From positions 93,062,001 to 93,126,000 of the forward strand of contig OZ024745.1 in assembly GCA_964016885.1 (NCBI GenBank): a stretch of 64,000 nucleotides of DNA. The letters run 5' to 3'. Origin of the DNA: Eledone cirrhosa. Its lineage: Eukaryota. Below, piece by piece: positions 39,226-53,256 of the stretch (position 1 is the first letter of the stretch; each line of letters opens with the position of its first letter). Both the position numbers and the translations under genes were made by a program. Under the pieces are notes generated by a model. It was given only the letters and a program-made list of their open reading frames with translations. It ran no database searches and was not told the origin of the DNA.

Positions 39226-39616
39226 TAATTAAATATGTATATAATGCAACACTGATTCTTTGTTCCCTTATATATTAATACTATATCATTTCATTTTACG
39301 TCCGCTTTTCCCTGCTTGCAGGGTGGGACGAGAACTGATTCTGGCTTGATTTCTACAGCTGGATGCCCTTCCTAACACCAACCTCATTTACAGTGAGTGC
39401 TGGGTGCTTTTTTGCCGTGGCACCTACACGTCCACTTCTCAGTGGAATGATAGGGAACCCAGTCCCTATCATCTCATTTCTACAGCTGAGTAAACTGGAG
39501 CAATGTGAAATAAAGTGTCTTGCTCAAGGAAACAACACATCACCCAGTCTGAGAATTGAACTCACAACCTTTCGATTGCAAGGCGAATGCTCTAATAACC
39601 ACTAAGCCATGTGCCT

Positions 39617-39651
<35 letters not shown>

Positions 39652-39766
39652 AGAATAGGTCATGTGGAATCTTAGAGATTTTAAGATGTGAATACTTTGA
39701 TGACCCAGAAAATCTATATTATTGTTTGTTGTTGTTGATAAATAACTTACTTGATCTTTTTTTCAG

Positions 39767-39994
39767 GATAAGGCATCAAAACTACAGACAGGAGATGTGT
39801 ACATTACAAAACATTCCAATCTCTCTGAAGTTCATGTCATGTTTCACTTAGTCATAGATGATAGTGTTCGATCACCAGAAATCACATCCAGACATCCGAC
39901 CATCCTGTCTCTTCGTAATATTCTGAAAGTCTGCTTCCGCTATGACATTCTTACACTTACAATTCCACTGCTGCTTTCACATGAAATGACTGAA
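39767..39994 (+). CDS. FERRY3: FERRY3 coding exon
   Basis: tttcAG|...|GTaagt; [24 protein letters not shown]...LRNILKVC...[11 protein letters not shown]. Confidence 0.96.
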
Positions 39995-40899
39995 GTAAGT
40001 AATTCAATTTTGCTAATTATTTTTTATAAACTGAATCATTCATTTTTAAGTCAGTTTTTTTTATTCTTACTTTTAATATTATTCTATTATGAGAACCCAG
40101 CTTCAAGGAACATATATATATATATATATATATGCGTGTGTGCGTGTGTGTGTGTAATAAAAGTAACAAAGATCCTTGGTATTAAGTCAACATTCTCTGG
40201 CCAATGTCTAGCTCACTCAATGAATCTGCCGAATTGCAGTAATGCAGCTGCAATCAGCTGTTCAGAGTGCAGACATTTAGTTAATAGCAGATACAGTGCC
40301 TGTGTTAAGTTCAATTAATGGTTGAAGATATTTCTATTCTCATATAGTCTAAAATTCCACGTAAAATTCATGAATTATACAACAACCCTTTTTTATTGTC
40401 CTAAAATTTCAGACTTCTGTTCTTAGTTCTCATGTGCCATGAGATTTACTTCTTATATATTAAATTTATCACACAACACTGTATTTTCTAAACCTCATAC
40501 ATCATTACAGTGTGTAGAAAATCATAATTAATCCTTTAGCATTTAAACCAACCATATCTGTTGAGGATTCTCTCACCTCTTTCTGTTCAAACCAGCCATA
40601 ACCAGCCGCTCGTACTGATGTTAAAGTATTCTTCTTAAAATAAATAACATCAAAATCTCATAGATTCAATATTATGTGAGATAAAGCCCTTACCACGAAA
40701 ATACAATAGCATATATAGAGTAATGTAAATGCTAAAGGGTTAAACTAGAGCAAGACATGGTCATCTAACCTCAATTGTCTCACAAGGGGACAACTTGTCT
40801 AACCCATGCTAACATGGGAAAATGGACGTTAAGTGGTGATTATGAAGATGATGATTTTGACTGCATCTGATTCTAAATTAAATTAAAACTAATCAATAA

Positions 40900-41575
40900 T
40901 TGTAAGACATTGTCACATCAATAAGGCCGAGGGTGTCTTAGCATCACTCAGAAAGACCTTTCTCAGCCGCTCACCAGCTATCTATTTAATGCTGTAAATA
41001 GCTATAGTGCGGCCACACTTAGAATTTGCATCACTAGTCTGGAACCCCTATCTTGCTCAGAACATTGACCGTCTGGAAACTGTTCAGAGACGTGCAACCA
41101 AGCGAATATCCTCCATCAGGCATCTACCATACTCTGAACACCTTGCTTCCCTGGGCATGGATACATTGAAGCTCCGACACTTGGCAACTGACTTGGTAAA
41201 CACCCACAAAATTGTTAACCATCTTGCCAACAACAACCCTGAGTACCTTTTTGATTTCCATGTGTCTAACACGCGTGGACATGCCAACAAAGTCAGAAAA
41301 CAGCACAGTTCCCATGACTTTCGGAAACATTTTTTCACGCTCAGTTATTAGCTGTCGAGACACTGCATCCTTTAAAACCTTCATGCTTCCTGAGATTCAC
41401 CAACACTACACCTAATATTCCCCCTCCATACACATACACACATGTATATCATGACTCATACACTATTCACTTCCCTGACATTTGTATATTATTCTATGTA
41501 CTATACATGCACCTTCAACGAGTTGTAGTGCACCTGAGCACTTTACACAATAATTTCATTATTATATTATTATAA
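40900..41575 (+). mobile_element. CR1-type LINE 3' end (3' UTR copies at ~2415-2620 -, ~5700-5965 +, ~12510-12615 -)
   Basis: RPHLEFASLVWNPYL...LETVQRRATKRI...NTRGH...FF; (ATT)n tail. Confidence 0.88.
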
Positions 41576-42158
41576 GAGATGAATATCTAAACCTGTACAT
41601 TGTATGTATTGTGTGACGGGTTTGTATGTACTAAGTATATTGTATTAAAGGTTAGCGGACTAACTATGTGTACGATAGAATGGCAGCTCAGCTGTTATAA
41701 AGCACAACCAAATGGAGTTGGGGGGGGGGGGGTCTAGTGAAATATGAAAGTTTTGAAACTTTGATAACATTTAAAAAAAATCAATGAAATAACAGGTGGA
41801 AAATGGCTAGTGTGAAAAAATAAATACAGAATGAAAATAGACAATAATGATGGAAATATTCTGATGGTGGGGAAAATTATAATAAACAATGCACACACAT
41901 ATGTATATGTGTGTGCATGTGCATATGCATACATTTATATGTATGATTATATAAATATAAATGTGCAAAGACAGACATGCTTACAAAAATACACATACAT
42001 TCACACAGGCAGCAGATGTAAAGAGAGAGGAGTAGTATGAGGTAGTGAAACTACTCCTCCCTCTTTACATGTGACAAAATCGCTGAAATTTATATATAGA
42101 TATATACAATTATACATAATTTTTTGAAAAAATGTGTACAATTTTTGGCTCATTGCAG

Positions 42159-42284
42159 GAGATGACAGTTTCTTGGTGTTTGAAACGAGTTGAATTAATA
42201 TTTAAATGTGTAAAAGGTTTCATGATGGAGATGGCAACTTGGGGTGGCCTAGAATCACGGACAATTCAGTTTTTAGTGCCACCG
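42159..42284 (+). CDS. FERRY3: FERRY3 coding exon
   Basis: ttgcAG|...|GTaggt; [42 protein letters not shown]. Confidence 0.97.
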
Positions 42285-42809
42285 GTAGGTAGACATTTTA
42301 GTATTAATTGTTTTGTTGTTTTTATATAAAATCCCTCCATTTCTTCTGCTTTATTTGAACTACGAAAAGTCGATCAACAAGATCCCCTCATTCGCTTAAC
42401 ACGTGGGGTGGAGCTCATTAAATCAGACCGAGGAAACAATGAATCAGGCAGAAGGAACAACGTGAATCAGTCTGGGAATCGAACTCACAACCTCATGATT
42501 GTGAATCCAATTCTCTAACCACTGCACCTTCACACTTCAACTAATCATGATATAATGGAAACAAAGGTGTTTTTTTTTCCCTGGCCAAACGCCTCAACAT
42601 AGAGCTTATTAAATCTTAAGAGCAAACATATAAAATTAATGGCAGTGAGTTTTATCAATTATATGATCCATAAAAAAACTTTATTTTGTTATATTAGAAA
42701 AAAAAAAGATATATGGATTCAAAGGTTTTATTAAACTCAACATAGCAGATTTAAAATTGTGACCATCCTGGTATGTTATTATAAGATTTACATGAAGGCA
42801 AGGTTTATT

Positions 42810-43055
42810 TGACATCATGAGAACAGTGCAAACCATGTATGGGGATTCTGTCAATAAAGTGAGAGAAGGTAATGAGCTCTGTGAGGAATTCATTGTGCTG
42901 GTAGGTGTTCATCAAGGCTCAGTCCTCAGCCCACTCTTCTTTATTATAGCTCTCCATGCCATACCAGAAGAGTTTAAGGCCATGGGAACATCTATTTGCT
43001 GACAACTTGGTTCTTATAACTGAATCTGTGGAAGAGCTAGAAAAAAATTCATGAA
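42810..43055 (+). mobile_element. Degraded RTE RT fragment
   Basis: RTVQTMY...VGVHQGSVLSPLFFII. Confidence 0.85.
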
Positions 43056-43402
43056 AAGTCTTCTCTATTCTGTATTGTCTCTTCAATTGCCAACCACTTT
43101 GTAGAGTGTACTGGGTGAATTTTATCATGACTCCTACTCTAGAGAAGTTAAGTATTTTACATAAAGGGTTCTATCTAGTCTGTTATCTCTGTTCATTGTC
43201 AACCATTTTACTGGTGATACTGATTGCATTCATTCATGACATGTACACCAGAGAAATGTCCCATTTACTGCAAGCTAAGAGGAATCTCTTCACTCTATAG
43301 TCTCTTATTAAATGCCTATAAATTCTATTCATCTCTTTTATGAAATTAATAAAATATCTCGTCTCTCATAAAAAATCAAATTTTATTTTTGTCTCCTTTC
43401 AG

Positions 43403-43492
43403 GGAATGTCAGAGGAAATGTTTGCCAACATCAGCAATATGCTTCCAAGTATTTTCCGACTATCAAATCCACTTGTGGTGAAATCAGTATAA
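43403..43492 (+). CDS. FERRY3: FERRY3 last coding exon
   Basis: tttcAG|GMSEEMFANISNMLPSIFRLSNPLVVKSV* (TAA 43490-43492). Confidence 0.95.
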   Translation, partial: GMSEEMFANISNMLPSIFRLSNPLVVKSV

Positions 43493-46400
43493 TCCTAGTC
43501 CAAATACTGTTATGATAAAGACAAACAGTGTAAGCTCTTGGTGAACCAAATGTGCCAGCTAATTTCGCTTCCTGATTGAAGCTACTTTACTCATGCCATT
43601 AAAACCATGATCATCACACAACTTCTTTCTCTTTTCCTTACCAAATTACAATCAAAATTGTAATAATTGGCTGCACCATAGAGTGAAAGATTAGCTCCAT
43701 CTGAGTTGTGTTTTCAAACTGGTTTCACAACAATTATGATGGAAAATGAAAGAATTCCCGAAGAAAAAGCAGTCAGTATTATCATAATGTGATACATCTA
43801 AATTGTTCAATGTAACTTTTAAGTTGAAATTAAAATTATTTTAACTGTAATGCTATTGAAATTTTCTATAAATCTTCTGTGTTGATTGCTCTTCTCATTT
43901 GTTTGTGCCTGCACCTATATATATAGATATGAAAAGATTCAGGACCCCCGACGGCTGAGCTCCGGCCGTTTCAACAGCTAGATCCGAACTAAAGCGCTAG
44001 CTGTCGGGGTCCTGAATCTTTTCATATTACCCACTCTAGTGGGTTATGGTCCACTTGGTATTTTACCACACCCTATCTGATATATATATCATCATCATTG
44101 TTTAACGGCCATTTTCCATGCTTGCATGGGTTAGACGGGTCACCCAAATCATGACAAGTCTGGTCAGTTGGCTGCACTGTACCTTGCTCACTGTGAACCC
44201 AAGGTTTGAGAGACGGGTGGTCCCATTATGAGGTAGGTCTGGCCTGTTGGCCACACAAAGCCTTACACATAGTGGAGCCGTGTTACTGGATGGTCCTGTT
44301 ATGAGCCAAGTCTGGCCAGATGGCTGTGCCGTACCTTGCACAATATTGGAACCATTGCTGTGTTTTGTGATCTGGGTGGTCCGGCTAGTTGGCTGCACCA
44401 AGCCTTACTCATAGTGGAGCCCGTATATATATACACACACACACATACATTAAGTCCCTATGTCAGCTGTGTGACCATACCCAGACCTCACCAGTGTATT
44501 TATTGTTGTATATAAGCAATGTGTCTTTATATAGGTCAGTATAATTTGACTAGAAACAGATTTAACAACTAATTCTAGCAGTCTTGGAGATTACATATGT
44601 TTTCTTTGGCTGGAGACATCACATTAATTCTTTTGCTATGATGGCTCACTGGAATGTTCCAACCAAATTAAAGGTGATGTGTGTTCTGCTTTGAACCTAA
44701 TTGGTTAAAATTGTTTCTGTGAAGAATTATAATTACTAACCAAACAGGATCAGATATTTTTTCGTAAATTTTTAGTGTCTGATAAAATCTTGTTTCCTAA
44801 CAATTAACCCTAAGATATCACATTTAAACCAGCCATATCTGGCCAAAATTCTCTCAACTCTTTCTTTTCAAACTAGCTATAACCGGCCAATCATACTGAT
44901 GTTAAGATATTGTTCTCAAAATAAATATCAAAATCTCATAGATTCGATATTATGAGGTAAAGCATTTACTGTGAAAATATAATAGTAAATACAGAGTAAT
45001 GTAAAGGGTTAAGGCAATAAAAAATGTAGATTCATCAATAAATAATGCAATACTGTGGTCAAGGTCAACATTTATAGTGTAGTCATTGAAAAATTTACAT
45101 TATAGGTGGGTAATTACTAAGGGTTTGTTCATATTGGTAAATTTTTTACCAAGGTGATCTAATGTTTAGATTCTGCTCAGTTCTGATTAAGACCTATAAT
45201 GACGGATTCTATCATTAATGCTGCAGTGTATCTAAACTTTCCTTTGTAAGCTAGTAGATTGTCTTTGCTCATTTATTCCTGAGAGGGTCATGGGAGAAGA
45301 GTCCTCAAACACTCTTTCCAGCGGGTCCTGTCAGAAGCAACCATCTCTAACTGATCCGGCTGGATCCCCAAGTGAGATCAGCTAAGCTCATGGATGTTAC
45401 CCAACCATCTTGTTTGGGGTCTATCCCTGGGTCTCCTACCTGGTTTTGCCTGTAAAATCTGTCCATTGATTCTTTCCTGAGACATTCTAACCACATACCC
45501 ATTGTATCGGAGTTGTAGTGGCTCTACCTAGAGTCACTCTGATCTCCGAGGTATGCACTTAGTAGTGTGATTTTCCTAATTCCAGCAGGTTAAGTAGTAC
45601 TGTAAAAGGCTTGTAAGTGATCTAATTACTGTTGCTGCTGATTAGAGTGAAAGAGTAGTCACAGTAAGAAATAGGTGAATGGAGTTCAATGAACTGCTAT
45701 TTCTAAGAAAGGATTTTTTTCAGTAACAGATAAACTATATGAAAAAGGTTTAGGAATTGAATTAGATCTACAAAGGCTAGAGAGAAATAAGTTAAATATG
45801 ATTAGTTGGACATGCAGTATTGCATGAAAAGTAGAAGAGTGCCTGGATATTAACCCTGGTTCAATGACAACACTTTCTTTTAACTCTTTAGCATTTAAAC
45901 CAGCTGTATCCAGCCAGAATTCCTTCCACTTTTTGAAACTGACCATAACCAACATTAAGATATCATTCTTAAAATAAGCAATAACATCAAAATCTTGTGC
46001 ACTCGATATTATGTGAGGTAAATATAGAGTAATGTGAATGCTAAAGGGTTAAAGTGTATATATTTATCTAAAAACATTCCACCATAATTTACTGATGAAG
46101 TAGTTTTAGTGAGCATATTAAATCCTACCAAATTGTTACTCTATTACATGTTCCAGCTAACAGGTTGAGGCACCGCCATTGTTGATTAGTTTTTTTATAT
46201 TTGAAAATAAGGGTCCGTCTTCATAAATATGGTAATGGAAGAATTAAAGACAAATGTATGCAGAAGTAGCTGCATTGGTATGTGAATAAATTACATACTT
46301 AGTAAAAAAGCAGCTTATGTAGCCAGTAGACAGGAAAGAATTAGTGATATGATGACATATTGAAAGAGCGAGGAAGAAAACTTAAGTGTTGCCAAATCCA

Positions 46401-48442
46401 TGACAACATAGAAAAGTAAATATTAAAATGGAACTATATTCATTACATATTTAAATGCTATCATCCTATGTTCATCTTTAGTTGTAAGGTGTTAAGTTTC
46501 AATTCAGAAACATGCTCAGGTTATAAGATCTCCGAGAGTGTGTGTTTGTCACATTGATATAATTGCAAAGAATTTAGTTCAAGCAAATCTATTAATAAAC
46601 CAGTGACAACTGTTAAATTTTAGTTCAAGCAGCCCACTCACATTCACTCACTTCAGCAAGCAGTAACTGGACAAATTGAAAACATTTCATATCCCTTCAC
46701 TACTACAGTATTGTCTTTCATACAAGAAAAGCTCAATCAACCCAGCATAAAATAGGAAATCAAATATTCGTGTAAAATATTTTGGAAAGAAATATAGTTA
46801 TGTTCTCAATTGGTGTCTTAACCCTTTAAACTCTCCAGAATTTTCTCACCTCTTTCTGTTCAAACTGGCTGCTCAAACTGGTCGTAACTGGCTGCTCATA
46901 CTGATGTTAAGGTATTGGTCTCAAAATATATAATAGCAAAATCTTGATTCAAAATTATGTGAGATAAAGTCTTTTCTGTGAAAATACAACAATGTGAATG
47001 CTAAAGGGTTAATAGCCTATAGTTAGTTTTTCTTAAAAGCTAGATATTTAATTGCTATATTAATAATTACAGGGCTTATGTTTCAACTAAATTGGCTGAA
47101 ATGTTTGACACTGCTTACTCGGGATATTTTTATATTATAATATTTATCTTACAAGCACCTACAATTTCACATTATTACGATATAACAAAGTCCTTCAAAC
47201 ATACAAAAGAATTGCACCAGGACATTGACCTATTTGTGTGGTAAAAAGCTTGCTTTGCAGCCAGTTTCCATGTTCAAACCCACTGCACAACACCTCAGGC
47301 AACTGTCTTCTATTATAGGCTCAGATTGACTAATGATTTGTGAGTGAAATTTGCTAGACAAAAGCTGTGCGTGTCTATAAAAACTTGTGAAATGGATGTA
47401 ATTCACTGAATACTAAACTATCACCTGGTTATGTACTAGGGTTGATATAAGTTACGAGACTGCCACCTGGTTAAGCACTAGCATTGGTATAATTTACTAA
47501 AACCTTTCAAAGTGGTTGCTCAGCATATCTGCAGTCCTATGATAAACCAGTAAAAGAATGTGATTTTATACTAAAACTTTAAAGAAGAAAAAATAAACAA
47601 ATATAAAATTATTTATACTCTTTATTTGTTAAATTCAGATGAACATGGCATTGATATGCACGCTACATTTCAATGAAGTTTCTTTTAGCAAACCACTTGC
47701 TCTTTTTGGTACTGTAGATGTAAGTAGATTTTTTTTCTGTTACCACATTGAGTGTACAGATACATTCAAAGTATCTATAAATTTGATGGATTTGTTTTTA
47801 GTTTTAAATTAATTGTACTTGATTTAAGATATTTGTTCATGTCTTAACCATTTATGAATAATCTTAATGATCTAAGAGCATGTATGAAATGTTAAAGAAT
47901 ATATCTCATTTAATAGTAACACCTTTGTTTTCCCTTTAAAATTAAAATGTCACTTCAAATGCTTTAATTTTTAACATTTTTGAGAATGTCAAAACTTTTT
48001 CTTAAAAAAAAAAATAAAAAAAAAAAAAAAAATAAAAAAATGGTTCATTTCCACCAACATTTTTATTCTTTCACCATCTAGAATTTACCATGGCAAAAAC
48101 GTTGCTCAAGTGAAGTCAACTAGCCTCTAAAGACCTGACTGTTGAACACTTTGGTACTTCTAGACTACAGATGCAATATGGTCCATTGCTTGTTTCCTAT
48201 GAGTGGAAACCTAGATAAACAATATTTTCATATTTCTTTAGTGAGCTGGTTAAGAAACCTGCCCCCCTCCCCTCAATATTTTAAATTTGTGCACCAACAA
48301 TTATTTTTCTCTATTGTGCACCATCAGTGATTTTTTTCCTTATTAAATGAAAAATAATTAAATTATGAGAACACTATTTTCTTAAATTTTTTAAATTTTC
48401 TATAAAAGTAAATTTAAATATTGGAAGGTCTCTCGACCCTTG

Positions 48443-48474
<32 letters not shown>

Positions 48475-51222
48475 GGTAAAGATGCTTGGCAACATTAAAA
48501 TGGTGACTCACTAAAGGAAATAATGAAATTCATCTTTTATTTAGCAAACTGCTAAGTTTGAAAGAATTTGACTAATGCAGTCAAAATTGTACATAGGAGA
48601 AGAGTTTTTTTTTTTGACAAAGAAAAAGAAAAGAAAAAGAATATTTGGTGAGTCACTGAAGCTGGAATATTCAGTTCTGAAGCAAGAAATCAATTGAAAT
48701 CCAACAAAATAATCTATTACTAAGAAGAACTATCACAGAATTTTTATGAATTTCCAAACATTAATGAGTCACACCTAGAAATACACTTGATAAAATAAGG
48801 CAGAGGTAGTCCATCACCTATAGTATTTTTGTTAAACAACCAGCTAATACACACACTAGCAAGTTCACATGCACACACAAAGGACAAGACAGCATGAGCA
48901 ATTTGTAAAGGAGTTTAAAACATTACTTGCAAGAAAAAAAAAAAAAAAAACTGACATAAAAAAAAAGCTGTGTGCCACATTAAACACACTTCAGAACTGA
49001 GAAATGTAACAAAGAAAATTGCTATTAGTTTTGAATTTACAATATCTTCTGAACCTGTAGTAGACAAATATTGTCTAGATAATACCAAGACATGCTCATA
49101 GCCTGCCCAATAAGCATGGAAAATACGAAAGAAATTTTGAAAACAGAAAAAATACAAATTTCTTACTAAAAAAGAAAAATTATGACATGATTTTTAGATG
49201 TCAAATTCTCCTCAAACTCAATATCAATAAGCAAACAGAAAGTAGAAACTTATTCCAAGTGATATTTTCTTAATCTTCATTATCTTTTAAAATATGTTGG
49301 GGAGGGGGTTTACATCTAAGCGGTCCCAAACCTAAAGTAAAATGAATACCTAATAAAGACAAATGAAACAGTCTCGAAATTATAACGTAATTGCAGTCAA
49401 AATTATAGCTCCTTCAATTTGTGATAAACAGAACATTAAGAAACTAATTTTAAAGTTAAAGTTAGTAACTCAAACAACATTAAATTTACAATTAAGAAAC
49501 TTTAAAAGCAAGATTTTTAAGTGAATCATTATTTCCATCAAATGATTCTCTTTAAAAAAATTGTTTTAAAGTTTAAATTATTGAAATTTCTTGTGAATTA
49601 AAACTTTTATTGTACCAAGACCAATTATTACAAATTAAATATACCCCCACCAAATACTAGTAATATATACACCTCAAACCTAAATCTAAAATGAAAACAT
49701 TTTCATTTTGAAAGCATTAATATTTAAATATAGTTTTATTTCCAATATCTGTTAGGAGCTCAGGCTACATCTAACCAAATAACAATTGTCACAAGAAGAC
49801 AACCAAAATTCAGGTGGCAAGTATTACTTCAGAAAATTCTCAAGTCAATCACAAACAGCTTTCTCCACACATAGAAAACTGATAAAGTTTAGCTTCAACG
49901 AAGTCAAGATTTCAAATTTAGTCACAAATGATAGTATAATGATAGAAAAATAACCCAAGAGGGAATTCTGAGATCATAATTGTGATAAATTCTGTTCTAT
50001 TGTCCCCATGTATGAAGAGAAATTTGTTTAAACAATTAACATCAGATTCATTTTAAGTGAAATTCAATTCAAAGATATGTGTGAATCTCCCCAACTCATT
50101 TATGCCTAACAAAATATAGAGAATGTTAGAAAGAAAAAAAGTCATCCAAATTTTTTGTTTTTTTTACAGAATGTTATGGCATAATGTAACAAATCCCACC
50201 ACCCTTTTTAGGGAATTGATCAATGAATTCTAATAATTGATTATATTTATTGAAATTTTTCACGAAGATTTTGTCATGACGAAACCACTGATTTGAAGTA
50301 AAAAAAAAAATTTTTTTTTAAATTATTTTTTAAAATGGAAATTCTAAATTTTAAGTAGCAATGGATCTTTTCATCTCCAGAGATTTAAAAATTAACCAAC
50401 ATAATATAATAAAATGTAATAAAGTTAAATTCAACAAAATGGCACAAAGATAAATTTTAGAAATAAAGAATAGCATCTCCACCTTCCAAGAAAAATCTAC
50501 ATATAACAAATTATAACAGCTTATAGAAATTTCAAGAACTAGAATTTAAAAAAAGATATCCTTTTACATCCATGGATTGAATACACCCCCTCCCTTGTGT
50601 GTGAACATTGATAACTAAAAGACCATTTGTTAGAAGGAAAGGTGAAAATTAAATACAGATAGTTCAGAATATTTGATGTTTCCAGTAAGACAGTGTTAAT
50701 TTAAATGAGAACAGTCTACAGCAGCACTAGCCAGTCCATCACTATGCCAATATACACAGGAAGACTTTAAAAAGAAAGTAAGAAAAGTTCTTCAGAAATA
50801 AAAATAAATTTTAAACAGAATCACCACACATGAAAGAATTATTTATTATCTTTCTCTTTTTTTTTCTTTTTAATGTTTGTTACAAAAACGCTTGGTGAAT
50901 TTGTTTAGATTAAAAGTCAAGTTGTCCTTTTACTCATGTTAAACATAAGTACACAAAATAAGATTAGATTTTAAATGCTTCAATTGCAGCATTTGAGAAG
51001 ATTTAGAAAGGGTTGATATCTTTAGGTTGAAAGATTTGAAAATAGGAGATGAGTTAGGAGTGTGAAATGCAAATAGTGATGGACAGTAGTAGCCTAAATT
51101 GTCCTATGGCCATTGCTGCTGTAGCAACATGGTGGTCAACCAAGTCATTTGGTCGAGAGAAACCATTGTTGCACAGGAAAAGATGAAATAAGAAATGATC
51201 ACAAAAAAGTGATATAATAATT

Positions 51223-51288
51223 TTATAATTCTACATGTTTGTGTTCTTCGTCTTCCTCCTCTTCTTCCTCTTCTGCTGTTTCACTCTC
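51223..51288 (-). CDS. P4HB: PDI last coding exon (acidic tail, ER-retrieval motif)
   Basis: ESETAEEEEEEEDEEHKHVEL*. Confidence 0.9.
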   Translation of the reverse strand, partial: ESETAEEEEEEEDEEHKHVEL

Positions 51289-51542
51289 CTATAATAAGAA
51301 CACAGAAAGATGTTAGATATTTTTTTTTAAATTAAAATTATGATTATACATATATCATTTAGCTGGTAGCACATTTGATTATGTGATTATTTGATTTTAA
51401 AAAAAAAATTTCTATTGAACAAGATTAAGTGTTTTTTATGAAGGTAGTCAATTGTGCCTCCCTCACTATATGTGAATATCAAAGTAAATTAGCAAAGTAA
51501 TTATTTTTAATTTTGAAGATAGATTCTAAAAAAAATATTTAC

Positions 51543-51623
51543 CATATCAGCTCCCTCTTTGCCACCACTTTCTAAGAATTTAACAAAACTCTCAAATGTT
51601 CTGGCACCATTATAATCTATTAC
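51543..51623 (-). CDS. P4HB: PDI exon
   Basis: VIDYNGARTFESFVKFLESGGKEGADM; tAG/GTaaat. Confidence 0.95.
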
Positions 51624-52485
51624 CTAAAAACAAAATAGAAATAACATACATTTACTACAGTTCTATAGATTCAAAAGTATTTTTTTCTTGGTCAAGATAG
51701 ACAAGTATTTAAAGAAATGACGGGTTTGAGTATTTAAATATATATATATCATCATCATATGCTGGCACAAGCTCAAAAGGTCATCACACCCCGAGTTAAT
51801 TCTTATAGATAGGTCAAAGGACCGCTTCTGGGGACTCAGTACATATACAGATCTATATAACCCACATGTGGGCCTTTAACAGATACAAACCACTCCAGGT
51901 CAGAGTAGACCTGTCAGTAATAGCAATTGTGTGATTTCATATTCCAGAACCTCACCAAATCACATACGATTAACATCTTTCATATGCATCACATGCCCAC
52001 ACCAGTGCAGTGTTCTCTCTTGCACACTATATATGCTTCCTCTTATATCCATCTTTTCTCTGTGCTCCACCATCTATGCACACTAACATTACACATTCAG
52101 CAGAGCATGCTCACTTCATCCTCCTCAATTAACGTCCATTTTCCATGATAGCATGGGTAATTTCTAGCTTTTTTTCAAATCCTCCACATTCAAAGATGGC
52201 ACCTTACTACCAAGCAGCTTTGCACTTCATACACAAACACCACACAATCTACCCTTTACTCAGAGAGAGAAACCCTTTATCCATTTGCATTCTTACTCTG
52301 GCTACTATGCTTTCAGAATACCCACTTCTAATTTAGGAGCAGTCACTATAAAACAGGAAAATATAATTGTTTCTACTTTTGGCACAAGGCCAGCAATTAT
52401 CCCAGTAATGCACTTTATTTTTTCGACCCCCGTAAGGATGAAAGGCAAAGTTAACCTCGGCAGGACTTGAACTCAATCTCATTAC

Positions 52486-52661
52486 CTCATTATTTTTAGG
52501 GAAATATTTCAATGTTGGAAAGCTGTTAATTTTGATGTCTTCTAAATCATTGGCAGTAGCATCCATTTTGGCAACAACAATATCTTCATGATCCTTAAAT
52601 TTCTCTCCCAATTCATCCCAGATTGGAGCCAACTGTTTGCAGTGACCACACCAAGGAGCAT
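52486..52661 (-). CDS. P4HB: PDI exon (a' thioredoxin active site)
   Basis: [38 protein letters not shown]...SFPTLKYFP. Confidence 0.98.
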
Positions 52662-53256
52662 CTGAAAAATTTGACCATAATACAAAAAAACTTCTTTAGA
52701 GAATACAAATTCACTTGCGCTTAGCATTTCTCATAAATTATAAAAACACCCACAAAAATCATGTACAAAATATTTATATGCAGATATTCGAGAGAAATCC
52801 CCACAATATTTATAATTACTGGAGCACAAATATTATTTGCAGTATTCCACACTTGATTTCATCAGGATATAATGTCAAATCAGAAAACAACAAAACATTT
52901 TAGCCATTTCTACATACAATTATAATTCAAATTTGTAAATCTACTTTCATGAAAAAATTTCAATATATCTCAACTTTCTTCAATATTTTATTTAAGAAAA
53001 TTGGTTTGTGCCAACTTTCATAAAATTAGCTCTTGATACCAAACTGCCTCTAGTTTCATGAAACAAAACTGTTTTAAAATGTTTATATTTATTTAAAACC
53101 TTCAATCATAATTTTATGTGAAAATCTTTGTTCCAATCACCATCTTGGTAATGACAAAGTCAATTATATTATTAAATCCCTCCAAATTCTTGCTTATTTA
53201 CAAAATGATGGTAACAAAAAGGTTAAAATTTTCAATTTTATTTCTTGATTACTTAC

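Noticed and set aside
39995-40318. ORF extension beyond the FERRY3 exon
   Set aside because: Read-through past a consensus GTAAGT donor into low-complexity intron; homology resumes at 42159.
48443-48470. Long A run as a possible processed-pseudogene or retroposon tail
   Set aside because: No recognisable upstream element or TSD; many similar A runs occur nearby.
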